Shown: positions 8,305 through 17,190 of the stretch, piece by piece | Layout of the letters: every line of letters starts with the position of its first letter | How positions within the stretch are numbered: the stretch's first letter is position 1 | NCBI GenBank assembly: GCA_031262695.1 | Contig: JAISHF010000004.1 | Span: 107,993 to 171,992 of the forward strand | DNA length: 64,000 nucleotides | Reading direction: 5' to 3' | Origin: Candidatus Nomurabacteria bacterium | GTDB lineage: Bacteria; Patescibacteriota; Saccharimonadia; Saccharimonadales; Saccharimonadaceae | Notes under the pieces: model-generated | The model's database searches: none | The model's input: the letters and a program-made list of their open reading frames with translations, nothing else | Told to the model about the DNA's origin: nothing | Position numbers and translations under genes: made by a program

Positions 8305-10470
8305 ATGGAAAACGGCAAACAGCGAAGAGAAAGAATGCAAAAATTGCGTGATGAGCGACTAAAACAGTTGGCAGAAAAGCGTGAAATGCGTGAAGGTGGC
8401 AGCCGTGGCGGGGAAAATAGCGCACAAAGTGGCGTTTTGGGGGCGAGCGATCGGAGTTTTGGGGCGCGAAATCGTGGCAATAGTAGTGTCAATAGAGGTG
8501 GCAGTGGCGGTCAGGGCGGCGGCAACAAAAAAGACCGCTATGCACAATTAAAGCGGCAAAATGAGGCAGCACGACTACGGAATGAGGAGCGGCGCAAACA
8601 ACTCGGCGTGTCGTCGCGGGCGGGTGAGGTGACGCGGGCGCAACGGATGAAGAGCCATGATGTCGTGGCTCAGGCGAGTCAGCATCATATTGGTGTGCCA
8701 GTGAATAAGACACGCTATAATGGCACAAATGGCAAGCAATTAGAGCCGCGGCTCGCAAAAAATGCACCAAAAAACCCTGATGCAGTGCGGATTGTGGCAT
8801 TGGGTGGCCACGGCGAAATCGGTATCGGCAAAAATATGACGATGATTGAGTATAAAGACGAGATTATCGTGATTGATATGGGGGTGTTGTTTGCGAACGG
8901 CGACTATCCGGGAGTGAATTACCTGACGCCAAGCACCAAATATCTAGAAGATAATTTAGACAAGGTGAAGGCGATTTTGTTTACGCACGCCCACCTTGAC
9001 CACATTGGCGGCACGCGGCATATTTTGCCACGATTCAATCCGATGACGCCAGTTTATGCGACTGAGTTTACGATCAATATGATTAAAAAGCAAATGAGTG
9101 AATTGCCTGAACCGCCAGACACGAATTACCAAATTGTCAATGCGTTTGAGCATAAAGAGATTAAACTTTCGGAACATTTGTCGGTGGAGTTTGTGCATAC
9201 TTTGCACTCAATTCCGGGCAATGCGTCGCTGGTTCTGCGCACGCCGAATGGGGTGGTGCTGTATATGGGCGACTGGCGGTTTGAGAATAATCCTGTGGCA
9301 CCGGCGTTTGACATGCCGCGGCTAGAAGAAATCGCCAAAACTGAGGGGATTTCGTTGTTAATAAATGAGTCAACTAATATTGATAGCCCTGGCACACATC
9401 CGTATTCGGAGTTTGATATTGCCGAGAATATGGGGCGTGCGATGGATCGGGCCAATGGGCGGCTGATTATTTCGTGCTTTTCGTCGCAGGTGGTGCGAAT
9501 GCAACTTGTGCTAGATGAGGCGGCAAAACGTGGCAAAAAAGTGGCGTTTGCTGGGTTCTCAATGATTAACAACGTAGAAGTGGCGCTCCGCTCGCGGCAG
9601 ATTAAAGTACCAAAAGACACCGTGATGAAAATGGAAGATGTCGTCAAGATCCCAGAGGAAAAGGCGGTGATTGTCTGCACGGGGTCGCAGGGCGAGATGA
9701 ATGCGGTCTTAAACCGAATGGTGTCGGGTGAGCATAAGTATATCAAGATTAAGCCGACCGATACGGTGGTGTTCTCAAGCAACCCAATTCCGGGCAACGA
9801 GCCACACGTGACGGCGACGGTTTCGGGATTAATGCGTGAGGGCGCCGAGGTGATTCAGAATAACAAGGGGCATATTCACGGGCTTGGGCCACTGCATATT
9901 TCGGGCCACGCTTATTTTGACGACCATGTTAAGTTGGTGCAGACCTTGAAGCCGCTAAATTATCTACCAAATCACGGCGAGTTTTATATGTTGGAGCATA
10001 ACGCCGAGATGGCGGAGAATGTCTGTGGGATTCCACGAGAGCGAATTCTGGTGGTGGATGACGGCGATATTGTAGAGTTGGGACCAGATAAGCGAATTAA
10101 AAAGTCGGGGCGGATGCCGGTGGCGTCGGAACTTTGGGACGACGCTGGGCATATCGTGTCGGAGGCGGTGGTCAAAGACCGCATTCACATCTCAACTGAG
10201 GGGATTTTTGTGGTGGTGCTGACTTTTGCTCGTAAAACGGGCAAACTGATTAAGTCGCCAGATGTGATAAGCCGCGCGTTTATCTATATGGACGACGCCG
10301 AAGAGTTAATCGGCAAAGTGCGGCATTATATCCGCACCAAAACCGAACGTGGCGTGAATATGAACAAATTGGACGCCTTGAAGACAGACTTAAAAGAAGA
10401 CGTGGCGCATATCTTGTTTGATGCAACGGGCCGCACGCCAATCGTCTTGATTGCAACAAATTATATCTAA
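8305..10470 (+). CDS. rnj: ribonuclease J with an Arg/Gly-rich N-terminal extension of about 160 aa
   Basis: Metallo-beta-lactamase HAHLDHIGG and beta-CASP architecture, with typical RNase J blocks (GGHGEIGIGKNM, NPIPGNE, HISGHA). The N-terminus holds RGG-like low complexity (GGSRGGEN...NRGGSGGQGGGNKK). Confidence 0.9.
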   Translation: MENGKQRRERMQKLRDERLKQLAEKREMREGGSRGGENSAQSGVLGASDRSFGARNRGNSSVNRGGSGGQGGGNKKDRYAQLKRQNEAARLRNEERRKQLGVSSRAGEVTRAQRMKSHDVVAQASQHHIGVPVNKTRYNGTNGKQLEPRLAKNAPKNPDAVRIVALGGHGEIGIGKNMTMIEYKDEIIVIDMGVLFANGDYPGVNYLTPSTKYLEDNLDKVKAILFTHAHLDHIGGTRHILPRFNPMTPVYATEFTINMIKKQMSELPEPPDTNYQIVNAFEHKEIKLSEHLSVEFVHTLHSIPGNASLVLRTPNGVVLYMGDWRFENNPVAPAFDMPRLEEIAKTEGISLLINESTNIDSPGTHPYSEFDIAENMGRAMDRANGRLIISCFSSQVVRMQLVLDEAAKRGKKVAFAGFSMINNVEVALRSRQIKVPKDTVMKMEDVVKIPEEKAVIVCTGSQGEMNAVLNRMVSGEHKYIKIKPTDTVVFSSNPIPGNEPHVTATVSGLMREGAEVIQNNKGHIHGLGPLHISGHAYFDDHVKLVQTLKPLNYLPNHGEFYMLEHNAEMAENVCGIPRERILVVDDGDIVELGPDKRIKKSGRMPVASELWDDAGHIVSEAVVKDRIHISTEGIFVVVLTFARKTGKLIKSPDVISRAFIYMDDAEELIGKVRHYIRTKTERGVNMNKLDALKTDLKEDVAHILFDATGRTPIVLIATNYI

Positions 10471-10655
10471 GTTCTTGGCATATCTAATTCTATTTGCTCT
10501 ATTTTAAATAGATATCTCGCGGCGTCAAAGCGCGCCCCATTGCGGGATCTTCTATTTGTTTTCTGGGAATACCGACATAAAGGTGTGTCAGCCGCTGCGG
10601 ACGCTATTTTTGCTTGAACGTCAAATTCTTTGCTGTTTGCAAGCATAAGCGGGTA

Positions 10656-10684
10656 TTGACAATATATATGCGAGGTGATATAAT
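10656..10684 (+). promoter_or_regulatory. sigma70-like promoter of the methyltransferase/helicase operon
   Basis: TTGACA (10656-61), a 17-nt spacer ending in TG-A, then TATAAT (10679-84). ATG at 10693 is only 8 nt downstream. Confidence 0.6.
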
Positions 10685-10692
10685 ATAATTAT

Positions 10693-11351
<659 letters not shown>

Positions 11352-11352
<1 letters not shown>

Positions 11353-12983
11353 TGGCGAATGGCATTTTGACGCAGCTGTTAAACAGCGACCACAAGCCGG
11401 ATATTTTGGATTGTATTGCGAATCTCTCCAACGATGAGGTTTTTACGCCGCCGAAGATGGCGAATAAGGTTCTGGACGCCTTGCCGGCAGAAGTCTGGAC
11501 GAATTCGGAGTTGAAATGGCTTGACCCGGCGGTAAAAACTGGGGTATTCTTGCGTGAGATTGCGAAGCGGCTGATGGTGGGGCTGGCGGATGAATTTCCG
11601 GATGAAGAAAAGCGTCGTGAGCATATTTTTGGGCGAATGCTGTATGGAATTGCGATTACGGAACTCACGGCGCTAATGAGTCGGCGGAGTCTATATACTT
11701 CAAAAAACGCCGGCGGGGAGAAGTCTATTGCGCATTTTTCCGACAACGCCGGAAATATTGACTACGAAAACCGCGACCATAGTTTTGGCGCGGACGGAAA
11801 GTGCGTTTATTGTCGGTTAAGCCGAGATGAGGCAAAGCTCGGCAGTCGTAAAGATTCGCAAGAAAAACACGCCTATAAATTCATTCATTTAAGTAAGAAG
11901 GAGGTAGAAAATATGCATTTTGATGTAATTGTTGGCAATCCGCCGTATCAACTAAGTGATGGCGGATTTGGCGCCTCCGCTCGCCCGATTTATCATCTTT
12001 TTGTTGAGCAAGCCCGAAAACTAAATCCGCACTATATGGCGTTTATTATCCCGTCGCGTTGGTCGGTCGGTGGCGGTAAAGGATTGGGAAAATTCCGTGA
12101 TGATATGCTTAATGACCCGCATTTAAGACATATTTATGACTATCCCGACAGTAAGGATTGTTTTCCGGGCGTCGAGGTTAAGGGTGGGGTGATGTATTTT
12201 ATTTGGGACAAGACTTATAGTGGACGAACAAAAATTCATACAATTACGTCTGAGGAAGAATTGCCAACCGTTACGCTCGATTTACATAAGTTTAATTTTA
12301 TTATTCGCTATAAAGAATTGGCAGAGATTTTAGAAATCGTTTGGCCAAACGGTCCGGTTTCGACAGATGATTCGCGCTCTATCGGTAGCCAAATATCAGT
12401 GCTCAAGCCATATGGCTTGCGCACTGATATTTTCCGCGACCCCAGTAAATACGGTTTGCCACCTCTGTATAAATCGCCCGAAAAAGCCAATCCGAAAGCC
12501 CCGATTGGAGCATTACAAATTCACGGCCTTGATAACACTAAGCGGGCGATACGCTATGCGTCAGCGGACTATCCGTTGTCTGTGGGTAGGGATACGGTGA
12601 TGAAGTGGAAAGTCTTTGTGCCGAACGCCTATGGATGCGGAGCGCTAGGAGAAACGATACCGTCGCCGATTCTCGGCTCGCCGATTCAAATTTGTTCAGA
12701 GACTTATTTGCGATTTGGAACATGGGATACCAAAGACGAGGCGAGCGCGGCGTTGAAATATCTCAAAACAAAATTTTTCCGAGTGCTTGTTGGCGCGAAA
12801 AAGACGACACAACATACAACGAGAGACACTTATTCACTTGTGCCAATGCAAGATTTTACCGAAAAATCTGATATTGACTGGACGAAATCAATTCCAGAAC
12901 TTGACGCTCAACTTTATGCAAAATATAAATTGTCCGACGCGGAGATTAAGTTTATTGAAACGATGGTGAAGGAGATGATGTGA
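11352..12983 (+). CDS. N6-adenine DNA methyltransferase (gamma-class, Eco57I/TaqI-like) with a C-terminal target-recognition region
   Basis: EVFTPPKMANKVL (motif X), WLDPAVKTGVFL (motif I-like) and FDVIVGNPPYQ (motif IV NPPY), in the gamma-class order. Confidence 0.85.
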
Positions 12984-13390
12984 GTGCAATACAAGACATT
13001 AGAGCCATATTGAAAGAAGATATCCTGCCTTTGTTTAAAGCGGTTCCTCTGCGAGCAGATAAAATAGAAAAGAGAATAGACGAGTTACGTAGTTCCTATA
13101 AATATAATGGAAATTTTTACAATGATTTAAAGGACGGGGCATGGTTGGAAAAGATAGAAAAACCTGGGCTTATGTTGTCATTATATTTGAAACGCAAATG
13201 GTTGAAGGAAGCGAAGTTTAATATCTCATACAATCATACAAATATCATGTATATGCGGTTCGAGCTTATAAAGAAGTGGATTTCGAAAAAAGATCTTGGG
13301 TATATTAATTCATTGACTAGGAAAGACAGGTATGAGAACGATCAAGAGGCTGGAAATCAAGAGTTTATGGAATATATGGAGAAGAAATGA
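12980..13390 (+). CDS. hypothetical small protein, AT-rich insert inside the operon
   Basis: GTG start overlaps the upstream TGA, with AAGGAG 6 nt upstream. Its stop overlaps the next ATG (ATGA). Visibly more AT-rich than its neighbours. No family recognised. Confidence 0.45.
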   Translation: MSAIQDIRAILKEDILPLFKAVPLRADKIEKRIDELRSSYKYNGNFYNDLKDGAWLEKIEKPGLMLSLYLKRKWLKEAKFNISYNHTNIMYMRFELIKKWISKKDLGYINSLTRKDRYENDQEAGNQEFMEYMEKK

Positions 13391-15957
13391 ATAACGACTT
13401 ATTAAATTATCGCAAGAAGCCGTTGATTTATGTTTATGAAATGGCGGGGCAGACGGGGGTGAAGGTGGGGGATACGCATGTGGGGCGGGAGGACTTGAGT
13501 GATTATGAGGCGGTTGTTCATCGGATTAGCCAGAGTTTTACGGTTAAATTGCCGAATCCGCCGAAAATTTTGCATTATGAGGAGGCGATTACGGTTGGCG
13601 GTAAGTTTTTCCGGGACTACAGTGTGCACGAAAAACTAAAAGAGCGGGGCGTGAAACGCTTAGAGGGCGAGTGGTTTGAGATGGATATTGATACTGTAAA
13701 ATCGGTGATAAATGAAATAAAGACTGGAATGCATGTTGCCGATAGCGGGCGGACTGCGAATTTTGCGATGCGGCCGGAGCAGGCAAAAGCTGTGAATGAT
13801 ACAGCGGAGTATTTTACGAAATATCCGCGGGAGAAAGACGGAAAGGCGCCGCACTATCTTTGGAATGCGAAAATGCGGTTCGGTAAGACTTTTACGGCGT
13901 ATGAACTGGCGAAGAAAATGGGCTGGAAGCGGATTTTGGTGCTGACTTATAAGCCGGCGACGGAAAAAGCGTGGCGGGACGACTTGGCTGAACATGTGGA
14001 TTTTGATGGTTGGCAATTTATTGGCGCGCGGCGGAGCTGGGAGGAGGCAAACATTGATGAGAGTAAGCCAGTGGTGTGGTTTGCGTCGTATCAAGATGTG
14101 CTGGGGAAAAATCGCGATACTGGGGCAATAAAAGAGCGGCATAAGAAAATGCGCGAGATTGATTTTGATTGTCTTATTGTTGATGAATATCATTATGGGG
14201 CGTGGCGAGATACGGCGAAGGAGCTTTCGCGAGAAGAGGAAAATTTGGCGGATGATGTTTTGGAGGAGCGGCGGTTGGCGGCGGACATGCAAAAAACTGC
14301 CGAGGAGGATGAGAAAGAGATTGAGGCGATTGAAGAGACTTTGCCGATTACTACGAAAAACTATCTCTATCTTTCGGGGACACCGTTTCGGGCGTTGGCG
14401 ACGGGTGAGTTTTCTGAGGATCAGATTTTTAACTGGACTTATGCGGATGAACAGAGGAGCAAGCGTGAGTGGGGCGGGCGGGATGACGAGAATCCTTATG
14501 CGGAATTGTCAAACATCGTGATGATGACCTATCAGATGCCAGAGAGTTTGCGGGAGGTGGCAATGCAGGGAGAATTTAATGAGTTTGATTTGAATAAGTT
14601 TTTTGCGGCAAAGAAGACTGATGGCGAATGGCGATTTGTGCGAGAAAATGATGTGCAGAAATTCCTGAATAATTTGCGGGGGATTGACTTGGAGGTAGCG
14701 ATTGAGAACAAGATGGATTACAAGCGGCCGGCTTTGCCGTATGAAGACGCGCGGCTGTTATCTACTTTGACGCATACTTTTTGGTTTTTGCCGAATGTGG
14801 CGGCGTGCCGGGCGATGGAGAATTTGTTGCGGCGGGATGCATTTTTTCGCGATTATCAGATTATTCGGGCTGCTGGAAATGACACGCTGGGTGGAGATGC
14901 GGCGGTTGAGCCAGTGCGGGAGCGAATTGCGAATGGGTTGAATACGCGGACGATTACGCTGTCTTGCGCAAAGCTGACGACTGGCGTGACGGTACCAGAG
15001 TGGAGCGGGGTGCTGATGCTCAGGAATATTGAGGCGCCGGAAACTTATTTTCAGACGGCTTTTCGGGCGCAAAATCCGTGGGTTTTGCGTGGGCTGGATG
15101 ATCCAAAAGCGCGGGAAATTATCAAGCCGACCTGTTATATTTTGGATTTTGCACCGAGTCGGGCGTTGAAGTTGATGGCAAATTATTCTAATGAGCTTGG
15201 CGGCGTGAATGATAATCGGCGGCCAGAAACGCGACTGGAAGAATTCATTGAGTTTTTGCCGGTGCTTTGCTTTGATGGCGTGTCTATGACGCGGCTGGAT
15301 GCTGGGGCGATTTTGGATATTGCGACTTATGGAACGGCGTCAACGATGCTGGCGAAGCGATGGCAGTCGGCGCGGTTGGTGGATGTGACGAATGTGGTGC
15401 TGGAAAAGGTGTTGAATTCGCCAGAGGTTTTGGCGGCGTTGGAAAATTTGGAGCAGTTCCGCGGATTGTCGCAGGATTTATCCAAGGTGATTAATTCGGA
15501 GAAATTGCTTAAAAAGGCGAAGAAAGACCGCGAGAAAGACGGTGAAGAGCCAGACGAAAAGACTAAGAAAAAAGAGGGCGACGAGGAGAAGGAAAATCGC
15601 GGGTTTAAGAAGCAGTTGCGAGAAAAACTACTGAAATTTATTACGCGGATTCCAGTGTTTATGTATTTGACGGATTATCGCGAACAAAAATTGACGGATG
15701 TGATTCGTAATCTTGAGCCGGAGTTGTTTACGAAAATTACGGGGTTGTCGGTGAAGGATTTTGACAAAATGTGTGAGATTGGGGTGTTTAATCAGAACGA
15801 GTTAAATTCGGCGATTTTTCAGTTTAGGCGGTTTGAGGACTCGTCGCTGACCTATGCGGGTGGGCGGGAGTTATATGAGGATGATAAAATTGGCGGATTT
15901 GATACTTCTTTGACGCGGCGGGAAGTGGATGAGGTGATTGAGGCCGAGATTAGATAG
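13387..15957 (+). CDS. T5orf172 (GIY-YIG-like) domain fused to an SF2 DEAD/DEAH-type (ResIII-like) helicase; putative restriction/defence motor subunit
   Basis: The N-terminus LIYVYEMAGQTGVKVGDT...HEKL...EGEWFEM fits the T5orf172 pattern. Helicase motifs: RFGKTFTA (I), LIVDEYHYG (II), LSGTPFRA (III), LTTGVTVPE and QTAFRAQNP (V/VI). A Lys/Glu-rich segment sits near the C-terminus. Confidence 0.8.
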   Translation: MNNDLLNYRKKPLIYVYEMAGQTGVKVGDTHVGREDLSDYEAVVHRISQSFTVKLPNPPKILHYEEAITVGGKFFRDYSVHEKLKERGVKRLEGEWFEMDIDTVKSVINEIKTGMHVADSGRTANFAMRPEQAKAVNDTAEYFTKYPREKDGKAPHYLWNAKMRFGKTFTAYELAKKMGWKRILVLTYKPATEKAWRDDLAEHVDFDGWQFIGARRSWEEANIDESKPVVWFASYQDVLGKNRDTGAIKERHKKMREIDFDCLIVDEYHYGAWRDTAKELSREEENLADDVLEERRLAADMQKTAEEDEKEIEAIEETLPITTKNYLYLSGTPFRALATGEFSEDQIFNWTYADEQRSKREWGGRDDENPYAELSNIVMMTYQMPESLREVAMQGEFNEFDLNKFFAAKKTDGEWRFVRENDVQKFLNNLRGIDLEVAIENKMDYKRPALPYEDARLLSTLTHTFWFLPNVAACRAMENLLRRDAFFRDYQIIRAAGNDTLGGDAAVEPVRERIANGLNTRTITLSCAKLTTGVTVPEWSGVLMLRNIEAPETYFQTAFRAQNPWVLRGLDDPKAREIIKPTCYILDFAPSRALKLMANYSNELGGVNDNRRPETRLEEFIEFLPVLCFDGVSMTRLDAGAILDIATYGTASTMLAKRWQSARLVDVTNVVLEKVLNSPEVLAALENLEQFRGLSQDLSKVINSEKLLKKAKKDREKDGEEPDEKTKKKEGDEEKENRGFKKQLREKLLKFITRIPVFMYLTDYREQKLTDVIRNLEPELFTKITGLSVKDFDKMCEIGVFNQNELNSAIFQFRRFEDSSLTYAGGRELYEDDKIGGFDTSLTRREVDEVIEAEIR

Positions 15958-16009
15958 GCGACGTTAGTTTTGAAAATGCAAGGCGAAAAATTGAAGTCGT
16001 TGGGTTAGG

Positions 16010-17053
16010 CTAGGCGGCGTAGTTCTCGGTGGAGAATTCTAGGGCGTCAAGGAAAAGTTGGCGGTAGGCATAGAGGTTGTGTTGCTCGTCTATAAGGAGG
16101 ACGGATTTTTTGTAGGTGCTGTCGTCGGTGTTGCGATAGGAGATTGGGGCGATGTCGCCAGCCATCAGGACGGCATTGCCTATCATTCGGGCGGTGCGTT
16201 TGTTGCCGTCGCTGAAAGGTTGCAAATAAATTAAGAGGGCGCTAATCAGCAGGGCTTTTTCAATGGTGTTGGTTTTGGCGTTAATGAGGTCAATGGCGCG
16301 GGAGAGATTCTCGGTGATGGCAAATTGGTTATCAAGCGGTAGGTAATTGGTGCCAGTGATGCGGACGGCGTGCTTGCGGATGCCGAATTCGACACCGAGG
16401 CCTTGGGTGAGTGATTGGTGGACATCTAAGATGTCAGATAAGTTGAGCTTTTTGAAGTTGGCGAGATTGTTGCGGATGCGGTCAAAAGTAGCTTTGTGGT
16501 TGATAATCATAATCGCTTCGGCCTCGCTGTGGCCCTCGGCTTGTTCGCGGTATTTGAGGAGGGTTTCGGTTTCAATTTGGGAGTAGGTGTTGCCTTCTAA
16601 GCTGGCTGACTTCCAGGCAAAATCTACCGTGAAGCGTTCCAGTTCTTTGGCGTGGAGGTCGAGCGGCAAGTCGGCGACGCGCTTGCGGTAATCGGTGATT
16701 TTGCGGCTGAGGTTGCTGATATTTGGCAAGAGGTTGGTGGTGGCGAGTTTGTCAAAAAACTCGGAATTCGGCTCGGCGGTGAGGGTGCGTTGGTCTTGTG
16801 GTAGAGTAAAATAACTTTCTGGGTTGATTGGGCCAAGTAAGGTGCTGTTGATGACGTAAGCGGTGGTAGGGCCGGCGCCGAGAGGCTTGATTAGGTCGCG
16901 AGCGGCGAGAGTGGAGAGGTCGCGGGCGAGCGTGGCGCGCGAAAGGTCGTAGGTATTGTCGAGCCGCTCTAGTATTTCGGCAGGAGCGATTGGTGCAGGT
17001 GATTTGGTGATGAGATTATAAATTGCTTGTTGGCGCTTAGTTAATTCTTCCAT
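16010..17053 (-). CDS. Fic/Doc-family protein with an N-terminal winged-helix-like region and a degenerate active-site motif
   Basis: Core motif LQPFSDGNKRTARMIGN compared with the canonical HPFx(D/E)GN(G/K)R. SASLEGN matches the (S/T)xxxE(G/N) inhibitory motif. The N-terminus (RQQAIYNLI...LSRATLARDL) is HTH-like. Confidence 0.8.
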   Translation of the reverse strand: MEELTKRQQAIYNLITKSPAPIAPAEILERLDNTYDLSRATLARDLSTLAARDLIKPLGAGPTTAYVINSTLLGPINPESYFTLPQDQRTLTAEPNSEFFDKLATTNLLPNISNLSRKITDYRKRVADLPLDLHAKELERFTVDFAWKSASLEGNTYSQIETETLLKYREQAEGHSEAEAIMIINHKATFDRIRNNLANFKKLNLSDILDVHQSLTQGLGVEFGIRKHAVRITGTNYLPLDNQFAITENLSRAIDLINAKTNTIEKALLISALLIYLQPFSDGNKRTARMIGNAVLMAGDIAPISYRNTDDSTYKKSVLLIDEQHNLYAYRQLFLDALEFSTENYAA

Positions 17054-17087
17054 AGTTTTATTGTATCATATTGGTGCCGTAATCGTT

Positions 17088-17190
17088 GCAAAATGAGACG
17101 ATTTTGGGATAATCATCTCAAAATGAGACGATTTTGGGAAAATCTATGCAAAATGAGGCGATTTTTGGGGTTTTTGAGGCGATTTGGGGG
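17088..17190. repeat. about 3.5 tandem imperfect direct repeats with a 30-bp period
   Basis: CAAAATGAG(A/G)CGATTTTGGG at 17089, 17119 and 17149, plus a partial TGAGGCGATTTGGGGG at 17175. They lie between the prfB stop and the fic -10 element. Confidence 0.9.

Noticed and set aside
8053-8492. Small minus-strand ORFs (71 and 106 aa) upstream of and overlapping the rnj start
   Set aside because: They span the rnj promoter, leader and 5' coding region. They have no recognisable motifs or expression signals.
10471-10655. Possible integration scars or att-like repeats at the left edge of the accessory island
   Set aside because: I found no direct repeat matching the right edge of the island (about 17054-17190). 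There is no tRNA target and no integrase, so mobility cannot be supported from this window.
13660-14292. A 210-aa minus-strand ORF inside the helicase gene. Antisense ORFs of the same kind occur in fusA (27890..28552), rnj (9126..9797), ftsK (50900..51481) and the methylase (11336..11746).
   Set aside because: They are antisense to genes with clear family motifs. Their products are Arg/Pro/Ile-rich, as expected from reverse-frame translation.
17088-17190. A possible miniature CRISPR array
   Set aside because: The repeat units are imperfect and only about 20 bp long, and the intervening 'spacers' are only about 10 bp. No cas genes are present. The array is better explained as an iterated binding-site array.
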